Assembly (NCBI GenBank): GCA_907165135.1
Contig: OU015569.1
Location: 1,178,001-1,242,000, forward strand
Source of the DNA: Oikopleura dioica
Taxonomy: Eukaryota; Animalia; Chordata
Length of the DNA: 64,000 bases
Reading direction: 5' to 3'
Every line of letters begins with the position of its first letter. The first letter of the stretch is position 1. The translations under genes and the position numbers were made by a program. Shown here piece by piece: positions 35,992 to 49,900 of this stretch. The notes beneath the pieces are model-generated. The model was not told the DNA's origin. It searched no databases and worked only from the letters and a program-made list of their open reading frames with translations.

Positions 35992-36532
35992 CTGGCTAGA
36001 AGACGTGTTAAGATTCTTATTAAAACTTTTTGTAATCATTGAGCACTGATATCTTTTCTTTTCTCTTACATTTCCTTTTTTCTTGGCGGGAATAAATTGA
36101 TATTTTCTTTCAAATTGGCAAAAGAAAATATGACAAAACTCAGGCAAAACCTTGGATTTTATAATTTCTCAACACGCGCTTCGGCTCGAAACCACGCGGT
36201 TTTGCGATTATTTCATCGACAACTCATTGTTTCTGAGTCTACGACCTGCAAATGGCTCTTCAAACTAGGTTGCGTAAATTCCGATGTGCTAGTTCTATGA
36301 TAGAAGTTCTGTCTATCTGAGTGAAAGTGTGGGGAAATCCGACATATAGTCGAATGGATTGTACTCGAGGAAAACACTTTCTTCGTTTACTAAGTCAAGC
36401 ACGTCGATTTGAATTTCCTCTCCGGAGCCGTCGCCAGAGTCGATTCCAGAGCTACAGTAAATCGTTGGAAAAAGGAATCTAGGAATCTAAAAGTATTACC
36501 TTGCGAGTATGATGGCTTCATACTCCACATCT

Positions 36533-36714
36533 TCAAACATCTACAGTCGATAGTTATACTTAGAACTTACTTGATGCCGGTATTTTTGTAAAAAGATTTC
36601 GTCGCGGCATATCTCACTTCCATGCTGTCATCCATGTCTCCAGCGGGTGACTGAATGCTGAACTGTGGCTTTGACTGTATAAAGTTGACGTAATCGTTCC
36701 TAATCTGTTCGTCT
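36533..36714 (-). repeat. Inverted near-identical copy of 37992-38180 (exon part plus intron of the TSP1 gene)
   Basis: The reverse complement matches CAGACGA.CAGATTAGGAACGATTACG...GGCATCAAGTAAG.TCTAAGTATAACTATCGACTGTAGAT.TTTGAAGATG with only a few substitutions. Confidence 0.92.
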
Positions 36715-37562
36715 GATTTGTTAACGACTTATTTTTTCTGTTCAAAAAGTTCTAATAAAGATCAAATTTGATCGAACCTTAAATTATACGTATTTTTTGT
36801 TTATGCATGTAAAAAGCAGATTGTATTGGCAATATATTTTGACAAGGCCCCTTATGTCTTTTTCAAATGAAAATTATGAGCTCCTGATTTTCATTGACGA
36901 GCAAGAGAGAGTATATGAGTTGCGAGACAATATATTTTGCGGATTTCAAATTCTTACTGTAACATTAACTTTTATTTGGCTAAGTGAATAGATATTGAAA
37001 ATCCGAAATTAGAGGTCGTCGATCGCGATTTCAGGATTACCTGCATGCGTAGTCGTATTTTTCTGTTTCTTCTCATATTTAGTTTACGGTAAGTAACCCG
37101 ATGAACACAGGGATTTAAAACACACAGTAGGAAAAACAATACAGCATATTATGGCAGAACCAGAATCCTTCTGGAGAAACGAGAAGTCAAAACATGCTTT
37201 TAAACGCGCGACTCATCAAAGTTCCAGAAAAACTATACAATTCGTGATAGATATCGACGAAATCTAGTCTGCGTTTCTATGAATGAATAAACTGCAATAG
37301 TAATTGGATAAATTTGGCTAAACTGTTCAAGAAGAGAAATAAAAGTTGACGTCGCCAGTGGCTTTTCATCCGACTAAGACGGTAATTACTCTCCCGTTTG
37401 AGAAGCAATTCAGCCGCTGCAAAGCTTTCGCTGCGCACCAATAGCTCGCGAACCGCTCGCCATTATGCTCTTGATCCCCTATCTGTGTACCCCTAAGACG
37501 TGAAAATTCTTCAATCTCGGGCAAGATCATTTTCTCGAATTCTTCGAGTAGATCACCTCGTT

Positions 37563-40500
37563 ATGATAAAAAATGCGCTTTTTACCTCACTTATAGGCAA
37601 GTATACTTCTTTCAGAGATCGGCGATTTATATTTTCATTTAGCTTCTACTAATGCCTTGTCACAAACAACACTAGACAAGTTAAAAGACCCGGCCGCTCC
37701 ACTCTCGAATGCGGAGCTCAGTTTCGTTGGATTGAATTTTGATGGCCCGTTTTGGACAAGCTGGTCGGATGACTATGGTTGCGAGAACTTGATTTCTAGG
37801 GCTGATCTTTGTGCATATCCTGGGAGATACAAGCTTCGTAAAACGCGCTACAAGTAAGGACTATTATTTCTTTGTCGTTCTTTTATGAGATATTCAGAGA
37901 ATGTATTCACCCGGACAATCGAAACTATCCAATGCGTATTCTGGATCCAAACTCGCCAAACTACTTTAAATACAGAACCATCCTCGGTGGTACAGACGAT
38001 CAGATTAGGAACGATTACGTCAACTTTATACAGTCAAAGCCACAGTTCAGCATTCAGTCACCCGCTGGAGACATGGATGACAGCATGGAAGTGAGATATG
38101 CGGCGACGAAATCTTTTTACAAAAATACCGGCATCAAGTAAGATCTAAGTATAACTATCGACTGTAGATTTTTGAAGATGCGGCACAGACGATTTCTCGA
38201 AGAACTGTCAGGCGCCTTCTGTGGCGACAGAGTGTGATCCAAGAATTGCGGAATATGCAAAGCAAAATGGAATTACAGTAGAAGACGCTGTTGCTCTTTG
38301 GGAGATTCAAGAAACTGATTCTCGCTGGGGAACCGGTAAAAGAAATAAAGTTGCTAGGATTGATGTACTCTTCTTTAAGAATGGGGTGCTTACCCGAGGA
38401 ATCCGATTCGACTAGCAATTCCTGAAATAAAAATCAACGAGCGAGCGGACACTATTTGTGACGATCGTTGCCCGATTCCATTGCCTTTTACCGCTTCCAA
38501 CTGCAAATGTGAGACCGGCTCGTCTTTCAGGGGATCCGAAAGTGAAGCAGTGGATCGATCATGCGACTGTGATGAATCTCCTGTCCGCGCTCAACTTTGC
38601 TTTGATCCCGATCTCAGTGATGACGTGGACTGCGAGTCTGTTGGAATTGTTTGCTCTTCTCAATTGCTGCTCTTGTACTAAATTCTTTTTTTAGGATATG
38701 CTTCGGAAGTTCCCCGATGAATGTATAGTCAATCTGAACCCTTTGATCAGCGAGTCTACTTCGAGCTACGTATCCTACACGACCACGAACAATCCATTTA
38801 CAGCACATTTGCTCGAGGATTGGTACAACAACATGCCGCGGTTCAGCAGGCAGCAGAATCTTTACAGCATGTCAGATTGGATCTCGACGGACGATATTGA
38901 TACACCTTGGAGAGGATTGAGAGTACGTGCAGATGCAGCGGAAAAACTCAAAGCCAACAATGGACTGAATTCAATTCGCAACGCCATCTCGAACTTGATT
39001 GAAGGAAGCAACTCGCAGATTCGCATCAATGTTCAGCGGCTGAAAACCCTTCTGATAACAGAGAACCTTGTCGATGTGCGGGAGGTAACAACTGATCCAT
39101 CGCCTGTCTCCAAGTTTATGACTAACTTTGCTGCTTCGACGAGAAAAGACAGCCGAGTTGACGGCAGCGCCAATCGCATGTATGACTTTTCCGATGATCT
39201 CAAGGTATCCTTTCTATACTTATCAAAACTAACTCAGACTAAGTTCAATTGGGGACAAGCTTGTGACAAAAACAATCCAGATGAAATCATAACAATAAGC
39301 AAGGCGACTCTCTATCTGACTGACACGAAGTACGCTGACAACCGCGAAACTATTCTAATTGATATCCCCTCGACTAATATCCAGGAAGAAAAAATTGAGG
39401 CTGTTGTCAGGATTGGTTTAACAGAACTGAACATTGCAAACACTGAAAACAGTCAGAAAACAATCACTTTAAACCCAATTAAGATTCATTAAACAGAACA
39501 TATCACCGATGCAAGTGGGGATTCAGCAGAATACCTGCAATTTTGTATCTGCGACTCTGGGAGAATGGACTGAATGGAGTTCTTGCTCGCAACAATGTGG
39601 TGGACGGTCCGATAGATTCCGAACTTGTACGACTAACACAGGCCAGATCTTTAGTAAGTACTCGTCGTATTTATTGACTTATTGGAATATTGCAGCTTGG
39701 AATGGAAACTGGGTAGACCAAGATGGCAACAGTCCAAGTAGCTGCTACTGCACGGAAACAGGTGGTGAGTCGAGAGCATGTGTAGAAAAATGCACGTACT
39801 CGGAATGGTCAGAATGGGGACTCTGTCTACTCAAAGGCGATGCTCGACCATGCAGGTAAGAAGAAATAAAAGCGACGCTAGCATTCCGTTTATTTTCTTT
39901 AGAAATCCTGACGATGATACTTTTGGGAAACAACGACGATCACGGACTCTTCTTTGTGGGGACGAGTCGAGATGCTGTGGAGATGACGATTTCAAGGACT
40001 GTTTTGTCCCTGAGTGCCGTAGGTCATCATGTATTTGAAACTTTCTAATTTCATTCAAGCTGGCTGGAATTCCTGGGGAGAATGGTCGTGTTGTTCTAAA
40101 TCATGCGGCGCAGCTGACGAAATTGGCACGCGTGTTCGCACACGGGGATGTAAAGGGGATGATATTGGAAGTGAAGCATGTCCGTGCGGCGTCTCTTTCG
40201 ATTCTCCTGATTCTATTTTCTCAAACACTTGCATCGACCGATCATCAAACTGCGAAAACGCACTGACGACATCAGACAACCTCGGATTTCTTCAAACAGC
40301 ACTCTGCAATCCTGAGAACGAGTGTCGTAAGTCTTCAGAAGATGTCATGAAAAATTCTATAAATAATTCAGCCAAGCTAAGCGAATGGTCAGACTGGAGC
40401 TCTTGTGATTGTGGAACTGAAACCGAGTTTAGAGAAAAGACTTGCATAAACGCTCTTTTCTCATTAGGCCGAATTCCAGAGTGCATGGGCGACGGAAATT

Positions 40501-41130
40501 TCTACGAAGAACGATCATGTTCTGATTCCTGTAATCGAAGAAAACGAGAAGTTCCTGATTTCTGGGCAGAGTGGTCCGAATGCCCTTGTGGATCAGGGTA
40601 ATCAGACAGTGAAACTATTTGAGCAAAGTGTAAAACTCTCTAGGAACGCGAGGACACGCTCTGGAATCGTTAATGGAATAGACATGAACCAGACGGAGAA
40701 ATGTCCAGTTACGAAGTGCAGTAAGATTCTTAAAAGGAACTGCGGGGAAACGTAGTGATTTCGTTTTATAGGCTTCGTTTCCGAGTGGTCAGAATGGTCG
40801 ACTTGCTCCGAAGCTTGCGCACAACGTGATGGAGTTGAGCGACGAGTTCGAAACTGTCTGCACTCTCATTCCTCCGAGTGCCAAGGCAATCTCCTAGAAG
40901 AGCGGCCCTGCACTTCCGTTCCAGATTGCCGTATGTTCTTTTCATTACCATAAAATCTCTATCGCAAATCTTTAGCTAAATGGGGACAGTGGAGCACTTG
41001 GTATGACGACTGCGCGATCTCGAATCGCCTGATCCGAATGAGGACCTGCTCTGGCACCGTCGCTGCCTTACCTCACGAGTGCTCTGTAAATGACGACGTT
41101 GAATACATTTCCTGCTCCAGCCGCCTTTGA
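37563..41130 (+). CDS. Large secreted protein with multiple thrombospondin type-1 repeats
   Basis: Signal-like MIKNALFTSLIASTNALS. Repeated WxxWxxC...R.R.C motifs (GEWTEWSSCSQQCGG, WNSWGEWSCCSKSCG, SEWSDWSSC, SEWSEWSTCSEAC). Exons join in frame to the stop at 41128-41130. Confidence 0.82.
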
Positions 41131-41549
41131 GAGTGCTAAAACTGACCCTTCAACTGCTTCAACGAAATTAAAAATTACTCATTTAATCAAAATTAATAAA
41201 ACACTAAGACCTGACTTTGGCAAAAACAAAAAATATACTCAGCCCATATATTTCCGTCTAAGATTTATTGAATAGAGGCAATTACATGATAACTATTGAC
41301 TGTGCTTGTTTGAATTTTAGACAAGTGTGATTTTGCGATCAGGAGAACAGCGAAAATCAGCTTCCGATGAGTGCATTGAACTTTTTGGGATTTTGCGATT
41401 GATGGGTTAATTCTATATTCCTTATGTTCAAACCCTTCCTTATACCAGTGTCGGAATCATTATCGTAAGAGTTGAGTTTGCGCTCCGACTTTGAAAAAGG
41501 CAGCGTCCCACTGAAGTAAAAATTAGTTAACAAAGAGATTCATCGCGAC

Positions 41550-42560
41550 TTACATGCGATCTACCAGGGCCATGTCTGAGACAGAGCGAGCCATGAGTGC
41601 TTTTCTTTCTGCTAGTTTGACGTGCACTTCAGTATGTGTGCATTGCTCAGAGACCGGTTTGTTCTCCGTTTTTCTTTGCGGGTTTTGAATTGTATCGCTC
41701 GGCGCATTTCGCTGAAAACTCGTTATTATCGAAAACATTTGAATCAAAAATTACATTTCGTAAAAAGTTTGCCCTATAAACCAGCTGCGCATCACTTTGT
41801 GTTTCCCTGTAGCTTTGCGATTTGCTCCTAACAATCGCAGTAGATCCAGCGCCGGGTCGTCTCCGACTCGCTGGAGTCATGGAGGAGTAGCTCTTCATCG
41901 TCAACGCGGTCGGATCGCGCCGGCGGCTGAAAGTGTTGCTCGCGTAATTTCCCGGTCCGCGACTTTTATTTTCTTCGTTCGAGCTGGGCACTTGGATGAT
42001 AAAAAGAACAAATGATTCACTTACTCTCGCCATTTCTTCTTTGTTGGAGTCGATTGATTTACTGGCTCGGAATGGGAACGGAGCCTTCTTGTCCGGATCT
42101 CATCTATTTCACACGTGAGCTTCTTAGCTGTTATTGTTGATTTTTGAATCATCTTAAATATACTCAAGTGAATTCGGTGAATGAAAATTGACTTTATCAC
42201 TTCTTGAATTTCGAGTATTCGGGTGGCCATTCTCGATTTCATTTCCAGTATCCTCATCTCCTCTATTTGCTCCTCGAATTCATCTGTCATCGTCTTTAAC
42301 TCCGAGGTGAATTGAAATATCTCGCGCATATGTTTCTTACTTGATACAAGGTTTCGTAGTGGAATGTGTCGACATCGATTCGTTTGATTTCGCGAATTTG
42401 TTCAAGAATACGCGAGCGTTGTCGCAAGCACATTTCCTTAGGAGCAAGTTCAAGTTTTCTACTCAGATAAGAATATTTTTGATCAATTAGCTTTGAACCC
42501 TTCCTCCGCTGCGACACGGTCTTCGCTCATAATCTGGTCGCTTCGCAATCTGTCTAAATT
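41550..42560 (-). CDS. Coiled-coil protein of unknown function, multi-exon
   Basis: In-frame GT-AG joins ...HYETLYQ|LKTMTDEFEEQIEEMRILE...LEIQE|MIQKST...KKKWR. The 3' end is unresolved. Confidence 0.4.
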
Positions 42561-43318
42561 AATATCTCTCAGTCTGTTCGCTCCCTGCTCTCTACTCGTA
42601 TTTTAAACGTCAGCCCGTGTATCTACGCGGCTCTTATCAAAATGAGAAGGACGAATTGAAATTGATTCCAAGGCGAATTACATCAATCAACAATCAACTT
42701 CGCTTGGGAAAGTGAGTCGCCCCGCTGAGCATAGCAATCAAGTCAAGGTTTTTTTTTATTTTTGTATTTTCGAAAAATCCACGGGAGACCCCAAACCAAT
42801 AATTTCTCACAAACAAGTCAACTATACTCACTTTTTCTCATGTTCAATCTCTCTAATTCAATTTCTCTCGCAAATTGACTTCGAAGCCTATAATGGCTTT
42901 GAATTGATTTTCCCTATAAAACAATCAACAATGATTATTTTCATTGATGCCAATAATTCAATAATTTTGCATGAATCTGTTCTATTAATTTGACTTTAAC
43001 ATGCTTACCATACTCCGAATTCTCCCTGGAGCTCTTTTCCTTGTTCTTCTTTTTGCCAGACTAAACAGTTTAAATTCAAGACCCAAGGAATAGATAACCT
43101 TGAAAATCGTCTTCTTTACTTTCTCTCCAAATGAAGGTTTTCTCTCCATTTTTAAAGGTTTCTGCTAGTAGTAGTAGTCATTTGAACTTTTTGCCTTTTT
43201 TTCTCTCGCAGCGTTGTATTTTGAATCCACTGCAAGATCTGCCTGTTTGATAAGCTTTTTTTTTGAATGAATAATTGATCGCGTTTTTTAGTTTTCTGTT
43301 TATTGAATTTTCAAAAAT

Positions 43319-44145
43319 TTATTTTGATTCATCAGCTTGTTTCTTCCAAAGATCTTTCGTCCAGACGGTCTGACAGTAAGTTACCGCGTTAGGCGCATTT
43401 TCGTCGACTGGAACTCTGTATTCGCCGCGGGGACCTTTAAGCCGTTATGTTTTGTTTTTCGTGTATTCGTGGCTCACCTGTGCAAAAAGATGCGCCGGTA
43501 ACGGGGTCGTTTTGAACCGGATGGTAGTAACCGGACAGCGTGCAGGTAGGAATGTAGGGCAAGTCGACCATTCCGTTGGCGATATTGTCCCCGGCCAGCT
43601 GTGTATTTTTCTTGTATTCGTCGAGACAAGGGGTTCCGGAGCATTTCAGTTTCTCCTTGTCAGCCTTAGATGCTTGGCGAGGAGGGTCAGTGGAATACCC
43701 AGTAGTTGAGTCGACGCATGTGCACGAAAAAGCGCTGCATTGCTTTTCCTCCCAAAGTGATGTGTCCTAAAAGAGCACTCTCAGTAATCAACATGAACTC
43801 ATTAAATCAATCCTTCTGCACGTACGGATATCTGGCAAAGGGGAGCGCTCTTGAAGGCTGACAGACCCATCTCAAACTTTTGGAGCTGGAAGCTGCAGCT
43901 TCGGTCCTCTGCGATCGTCATAAGTGGAAAAAGCTTCATATTTCTGAGTTTTGAAAAAAATACACTTCTTGCTGCCGCCCTGTGCCCCTGCCGTTTTTTA
44001 TACTGGCCAAGGTGACCGCAAGATTATACTCGGCCGCCGCAAAATTGCATTTCCCCGCTCCAAGAAGCTGATTCATCCCCTCAAAACCTGCTTGAAGGTT
44101 CTAGACGCTCTCACGAGACACAAATAACGCCGCATGTTTGAACAT
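43319..44145 (-). CDS. Thyroglobulin type-1 repeat protein
   Basis: PLCQIS|DTSLWEEKQCSAFSCTCVDSTTG and TPCLDEY...YIPTCTLSGYYHPVQ...FCT match the TY repeat pattern. The 5' exons are tentative. Confidence 0.6.
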
Positions 44146-44416
44146 GTATAATGAGCATAATTTATTTCCAGAAATTTTATATGCGGGAGTTTACTACAGC
44201 CAAACAATAAAAACAGTAGTTTAATTGTTTGCTATATACAAAGACAAATGGACGTGAATTCTGAGTCTTCGGATCACAAAATGTAAAATAGTAAACAAAA
44301 TGGAAAACCGGAAAAGAATAGAGTACAAATAGATTAGATACAATTTCTGTTTTCGTATAGAGTGAGATGAGAAAGGGAGGGAGAGAGAGAGTGTGATGAT
44401 CCGCGCTCCTTTTGCT

Positions 44417-45115
44417 TTATTTACTGGTCATCATCGCGACGAATTCCTCGTAATTGACTTGTCCGTCGCCGTCGATGTCTGCTTCTCTGATCATCTCGTC
44501 GACTTCCTCGTCCGTCAGCTTCTCGCCGAGGTTGGTCATCACGTGGCGCAGCTCGGCCGCGGAGATGTAGCCGTTTCCGTCCTTGTCAAATACTCTGCGA
44601 AAAACGTAAAGCCGGCTGTTGCGAGTAAATGCCACTAACCTAAATGCTTCCCGAATTTCCTCCTCTGAGTCTGTGTCTTTCATTTTTCGGGCCATCATAG
44701 TTAAAAATTCAGGAAAATCGATAGTCCCATTTCCATCAGCGTCGACTTCGTTGATCATATCCTAGCCAGGCCTACTCAAAATAAAAAGGTCTCAGAAAAA
44801 GACAATTTGACATCGAAAATTTCACCAAGCTTCTAAAATTAGGACTAGGTGCAATACAACGACTATTTTTACGAATCAAAAATGGTCTCTCGAGGCCTTT
44901 CCTGGAGTTCAGCTTCTGTTGGGTTCTGTCCAAGGGATCGCATGACTGTTCCCAATTCTTTGGTGGTGATGGTGCCATCGCCGTCCTTGTCGAAGAGGGA
45001 GAAGGCCTCTTTGAATTCTGCGATTTGTTCTTCCGTGAGCTACGAAAAGAAGAAAAGTTCGCGCAAGTTCCAGCTCGATTCATTTTAAGTTCTTTTGTTT
45101 TACCTGATCAGCCAT
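44417..45115 (-). CDS. CALM: Calmodulin, 4 exons
   Basis: [70 protein letters not shown]...[15 protein letters not shown]. Requires the GA-AG intron 44762-44901. Confidence 0.98.
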
Positions 45116-46529
45116 TTTGGACCCCTTCTGAAAAAAGTACTCGGTTAAACGTGGAAAATATTGATACAGTAGACTAACTACAGTTCGAATTAACAGTTTA
45201 CAGCGATAACAGGTGAGTTCGAGCTTGATAAATTGAGGTGCGAAGAAAATACTATCACAGTTATAAATTTGGCAAAATCAAAAAAAAGAAGAAGCAATCA
45301 TTTTGAAAGCAAGTCGCTCTAGTAGCTTCTCGTTTTTTCGCTATTTTGACCTTTGAAAAAGCTTCGGAAAGTTTATCTTAAAGTTCAAGCCGTCCATTAA
45401 AAAAAAAGTAAGAAAGCGCTGGAATGGTGTCTCTTGGTCTAATGAAATTAGAGTCCATTGAAAGAGAAGAAAAAAAAAACGGCGCAAATAAAAAAGGGCC
45501 GCGGCCGGGAACAATTCGAAACAGACTATGTGCCGCCTACGGGCAGTCAATTCACATAAATGTAACACACGCCCGGGGCGAGGCTGGCCTGTCTTCTGCT
45601 CATTACTCTCTGCTCGAGTGGGTAGTTGCTACTGTTTGTGTCCAGCAATCAGACATTTCGTAATCAATTTGAGAGCCAAACAAAGTAGGCAATGATAAAA
45701 CTAGTGAGATGATTACGACGTGATAAGACCGCGGATGTGATAAAAAAGCGAGATGTACAGCACGTCGTCAACGCATTTCAAAAATACAAAAACTAAAGGA
45801 ATCACAAAAGACAACGCGCGAAATGAGAAAAATGCTCTCTTTGCTTCCCTCTCCCTCTCTCTGTATGTCTCTCTGCAGCGCGTTATTAGACAACAAAAAA
45901 GGGGGGACAGGCGCTGTATTAATCAAAATGATGAGGCCAGATGGGCAATGAAGGGAGTGCTCGATACTGCGAGTGAGTGATTGTGCGACTCCAATTAGCC
46001 CACTGATGTAAACAGCCTTCTCTGCCTTTTTTTGAGCAGGGAGAGAGGAGCGTGTTATTTTTCGGCTCTCCGATTATTGATTTTGCATTGATGTCAAATG
46101 CACATCTCCAAGGACCGAAAAAGGCGGACCATGTTTTCCCGAGGCTCTGGGCTTGCTTCTGACATAACTAGTCTAGTTCAACCCTTTCGAGTTTTAGGAA
46201 GTTCGAAGCTCTTTGCTCGTCATCGCTAAATTTGGATAATTTAAGACGGCCAGCGCTAACTTTCGCCAACGAGTTCGACTGTTACTGTACTGTAACTACG
46301 TTTCTGTTATGCTCCTCGAAATATTTTTTTATAAATATGAGTAGAAGCTTGGGAAAATGATGCGTTGAAAAAATGTTTGGTATGAGTAAATAAAAACAAC
46401 AAATAATTATAGATGGGTAAGTCCTTAAGTACTCAGTTGACGTTGGTGAGCTCTTCTTGTTCTCTGGTTGGCTAGTTTTGAATGAGGTTGGGTTAGGGTT
46501 AGGCTGTGGGAGAAGAGAATTCAATAAGA

Positions 46530-46700
46530 AGAAATTGAGTCATCCCAGATCGCGGCGGACCAATCAGCACGCGCCCTCGTCCCGCGTCCGAGCACTTTGA
46601 TGGAAGAACTCCGCTCTTCCCAATTACGGCGGAAGAAAAAGCGCTAGAATCGCTACGATTGATCTTTGCTTAGCCGAGAAACTGAGCGCATATCACTGCG
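46530..46700. promoter_or_regulatory. Candidate bidirectional promoter between calmodulin (-) and GCN1 (+)
   Basis: GC-rich island with a CCAAT box (GACCAATCAG near 46559) between divergent housekeeping genes. TSS positions not observable. Confidence 0.4.
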
Positions 46701-46918
46701 AGATGTTTATCTGAAAAAAAAAATCATTTTTAACATTTTGTTATTTCCATTCTTCATCAAAATCCTTTTCAATCGTTTATTCGACAAAAATATTTTAGTA
46801 TTCTGAAATGAAACATTATAATGCATATTGAACGCGAACCATTGTTTCTTCGCAAAATGATATATAAAACTGAATAAAATTGCATTTGGTGAAAGTCTTC
46901 TGATTTTAGGAAATTGTA

Positions 46919-49900
46919 ATGGATGCGGAAGGCCCGAAAGAAGGCGAGAAGAGCTTCGAAAAGTTGTTCATCGAAGTCGAACAGCGGATTCTCAAAACGC
47001 ATCCCTTAGAAGATCGTGTCCAGGCAGTTCATGAAGCGGCAGACTTAGTAAAGAAAGCGGACTCGAAGCAGAAACTGGCGACGGTGCAGCTTATCGTCGA
47101 GCCGTTGCACAATGCCAGCCCTCCTGCTTTGCGAAGGGCAGTGTTGGAGGCGATCAAGTACGCCGTGACGACGGCTGACGAGGCCAGTCGCAAGTTCGTC
47201 GTTGGAGGCCTCTTCCTTGCTGTTGAAAAGAAGGCAAAATCACTGTTGAGCACGGCGAACAGCCGAATGTCCTGTTTGGAGTCGCTGGTCTGGATTAAAG
47301 TACTTACGGAGTTGTGCAGCGCATGCGGCTCGTTCTTATCACCAGAAGTAGCGAAGAAGGCTGTTGCCATTGGATCTAAATTGGCAACTTGCTCGGCGAC
47401 GTATTCAAAAGTAGACTTTTTTGACAGCCGAGTGCGGGAGCTTCTGGCAATCAAGGCGATAAAAGAAGCTGTCGTAGAAGATTCTAGCGCGGTCGTGCTC
47501 CATGCTTGGATTTACAAAACTGAACAGCTGAAAGAACTCAAGTCCAGTGTGCTAAAAAGCGTGAACGATATTTTCCAGGAGAAGGCAAAATCGACTCGGG
47601 GAGACTTGCAAAAGCTACAGTACATTTCTACCGTTTTAGAAGTTGAAGATGTGAAGGAGCTCGTGCCAACGATGAAGAAAATGATGCTCCGATCGCCGGA
47701 AGTCTGCTGCCCTAGAATTCATGCGATCGTGATGGGCTTCAAAAACGATTTCTCAGAACTGGCGGCGGATCTCCAAGAGCCGCTGCTAAAGTGTTTGGTT
47801 GGAATGGACGTTGAAAATGTCAAAAACTCGGCTGTTGCATTGCAAAGGATTTATGAACGCAGTTCTAGCGCTCCCGCGAAAGTGGTTGAGCACATTCGAA
47901 AAGTCTGGAATGGCAAAGAAGGCAAAATAACGAGCAACGGACAAAAAGTGGAAATTCTCAAACTATTTGGCTATTTTGTGAATGCGACGGAAGACACGAG
48001 AGTTTCTGCGATTACAAATCTGGTTCTATCGGCGGAAAAAGAAATTACTGATGAAACGCTTGTTGTTGTCGGCAATTCTCTCGCAGTCTTATCGGAGAAG
48101 ACGAAGAATGAAAACGTCCACAAGGAAAGGGTTCTATAATAATCGAAAGAACATTGTCTTACGGAGAAGAATACTTCTATTAATGTAGTAAGTTTTGAAC
48201 TCTATTTGAAGACGATTCTAGAGGCTGCAACGAAACAAACGAAAGGCACAGGAGCTGGTTTGAATGTGTACCTTCGAGGTCTCTACCACCAAATTTCGTC
48301 GGACAATGTCTCCCTCTTCGAAGGCGCCGCTCAAAAAGTACTAACGACATCACTAGACAATATAGAAAAAAATCCTGCTGGCGGATCGGCCGCATTGCTC
48401 GTCATGGAAGGCCTTTACCGATTCGGTGGATTTGCAGAGTTCCCGGACTTGATCAAGAGTAAATTGGAGAAGATTGCCACAGCAAAGATTTTGAAGAACA
48501 TCGCGTCGAATCCAGCAGCGCTCGAGCTCTTCTCGATTTTTGTAGTGAATTATTTCGGGTCTTCGACGCCTGGCGATGAAACTATCAGAGTTGCGCTTCT
48601 ATCCGTCTTAGTCAAGCAAGTTCTTTACGGAAGATGGTCGGCTACTTTGAAAAAGTGTCTCGATGAAATGACAGATGGAACGAAATTCGCCGGCATCTCG
48701 AAGGCTTTTGTCAACGAGCTCGCAAGTCCAAACTACAAACACGATGATCTTGAACTCTTTTCAAAATCCGCAGTGATGGCGAAAATCATCGTCAAACTTG
48801 CTCAGAAAAATAACGCTACGGAAATCGCTAAGGACCTTATCACTTGGGCGACTTACAGTGCCATGTCAATCAAGCATTGGACGGCCACTGTGTTCAAGCA
48901 ACTGCCAAGTCTAGAGGATATACTCATCGCGCAATTCACCAATCTTGCCTTAGACGAAGACCATGACGATAGCTTTTACAAAAAAATTGGAATCTTGGCT
49001 GGCGTTTCGGAGAAATTCACGGCCCTTGTTCTCGAAAAAATACTCTCAGGAGTGCTCAACGCGCCCGGAGAATGGAAGGAGATAACGCTCGAGCAAATTA
49101 ACATTTCCTTGACACCTGAGGGAGAGCTTTACGATACATCTGTGATTAAAGCGAAGGAGGAGAAAATTGATAAGAACTCGAAAAATTATGAAGAAGAGAA
49201 GTGGGCGCTCGAGCAAAAACGCAAATTAGAGCTCAAACGAGGAACTGTCAAACTGAACAAAGCACAGCTGGAAGCCAAGACGAAACAGTTAGCCTTTGAA
49301 TCTGAAGTACGCACAGAGTACTCATCCCGGGTGCGGACGTTTATTAACTGTACTCGCGTTCTCGATGCGATTATTTGTCAACATGGGCGTAAGCTGAAGC
49401 CCAGCTTCACTAAATTTGTCCCCGAATTGTCTTCCAAGCTCTTCCGAATGGTTGGCTACGATATCTGCTCGTCTGATGCTCTGTCTATGATTTCGCGACT
49501 TGTTGAGCTTTGTGGTCGCGACTGTGCTGCCCCAAGTTATTGCCACTCTATTGTTGTGATCTGTGCGCGTTTAGCTTCTTCTGAAAATGTGACAAGCAAT
49601 TGGAAAGAAGAAAAACTGTCAGATGCTCTTTCAAGAAATCTTGACCTTTCTCCGGAAGAAGATGCTAGAAATCTTTCTGAGTGCTTTGCTGGCTGCGTTT
49701 CTGAATTCGCCAATAGATGTCTCTCAAAAGACGGTGATAAAGCAATCACAGTTCTCAAAAATTCGTTCGAAAGATTGCCAAAACTGCAAGCAATTCAAAC
49801 TCTCACGGCTTTAGTCAATCACATGTCCACATCATCTCATGCTTCCACTTTCGAAGCTTCTGAACTTGTCGTGCATCTCGCTGGTTCGCTTCGGTTACGA

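Noticed and set aside
48125-48193. First GCN1 intron as GG-AG
   Set aside because: A 36-39 bp GT-AG alternative keeps the frame equally well; unresolved without RNA data.
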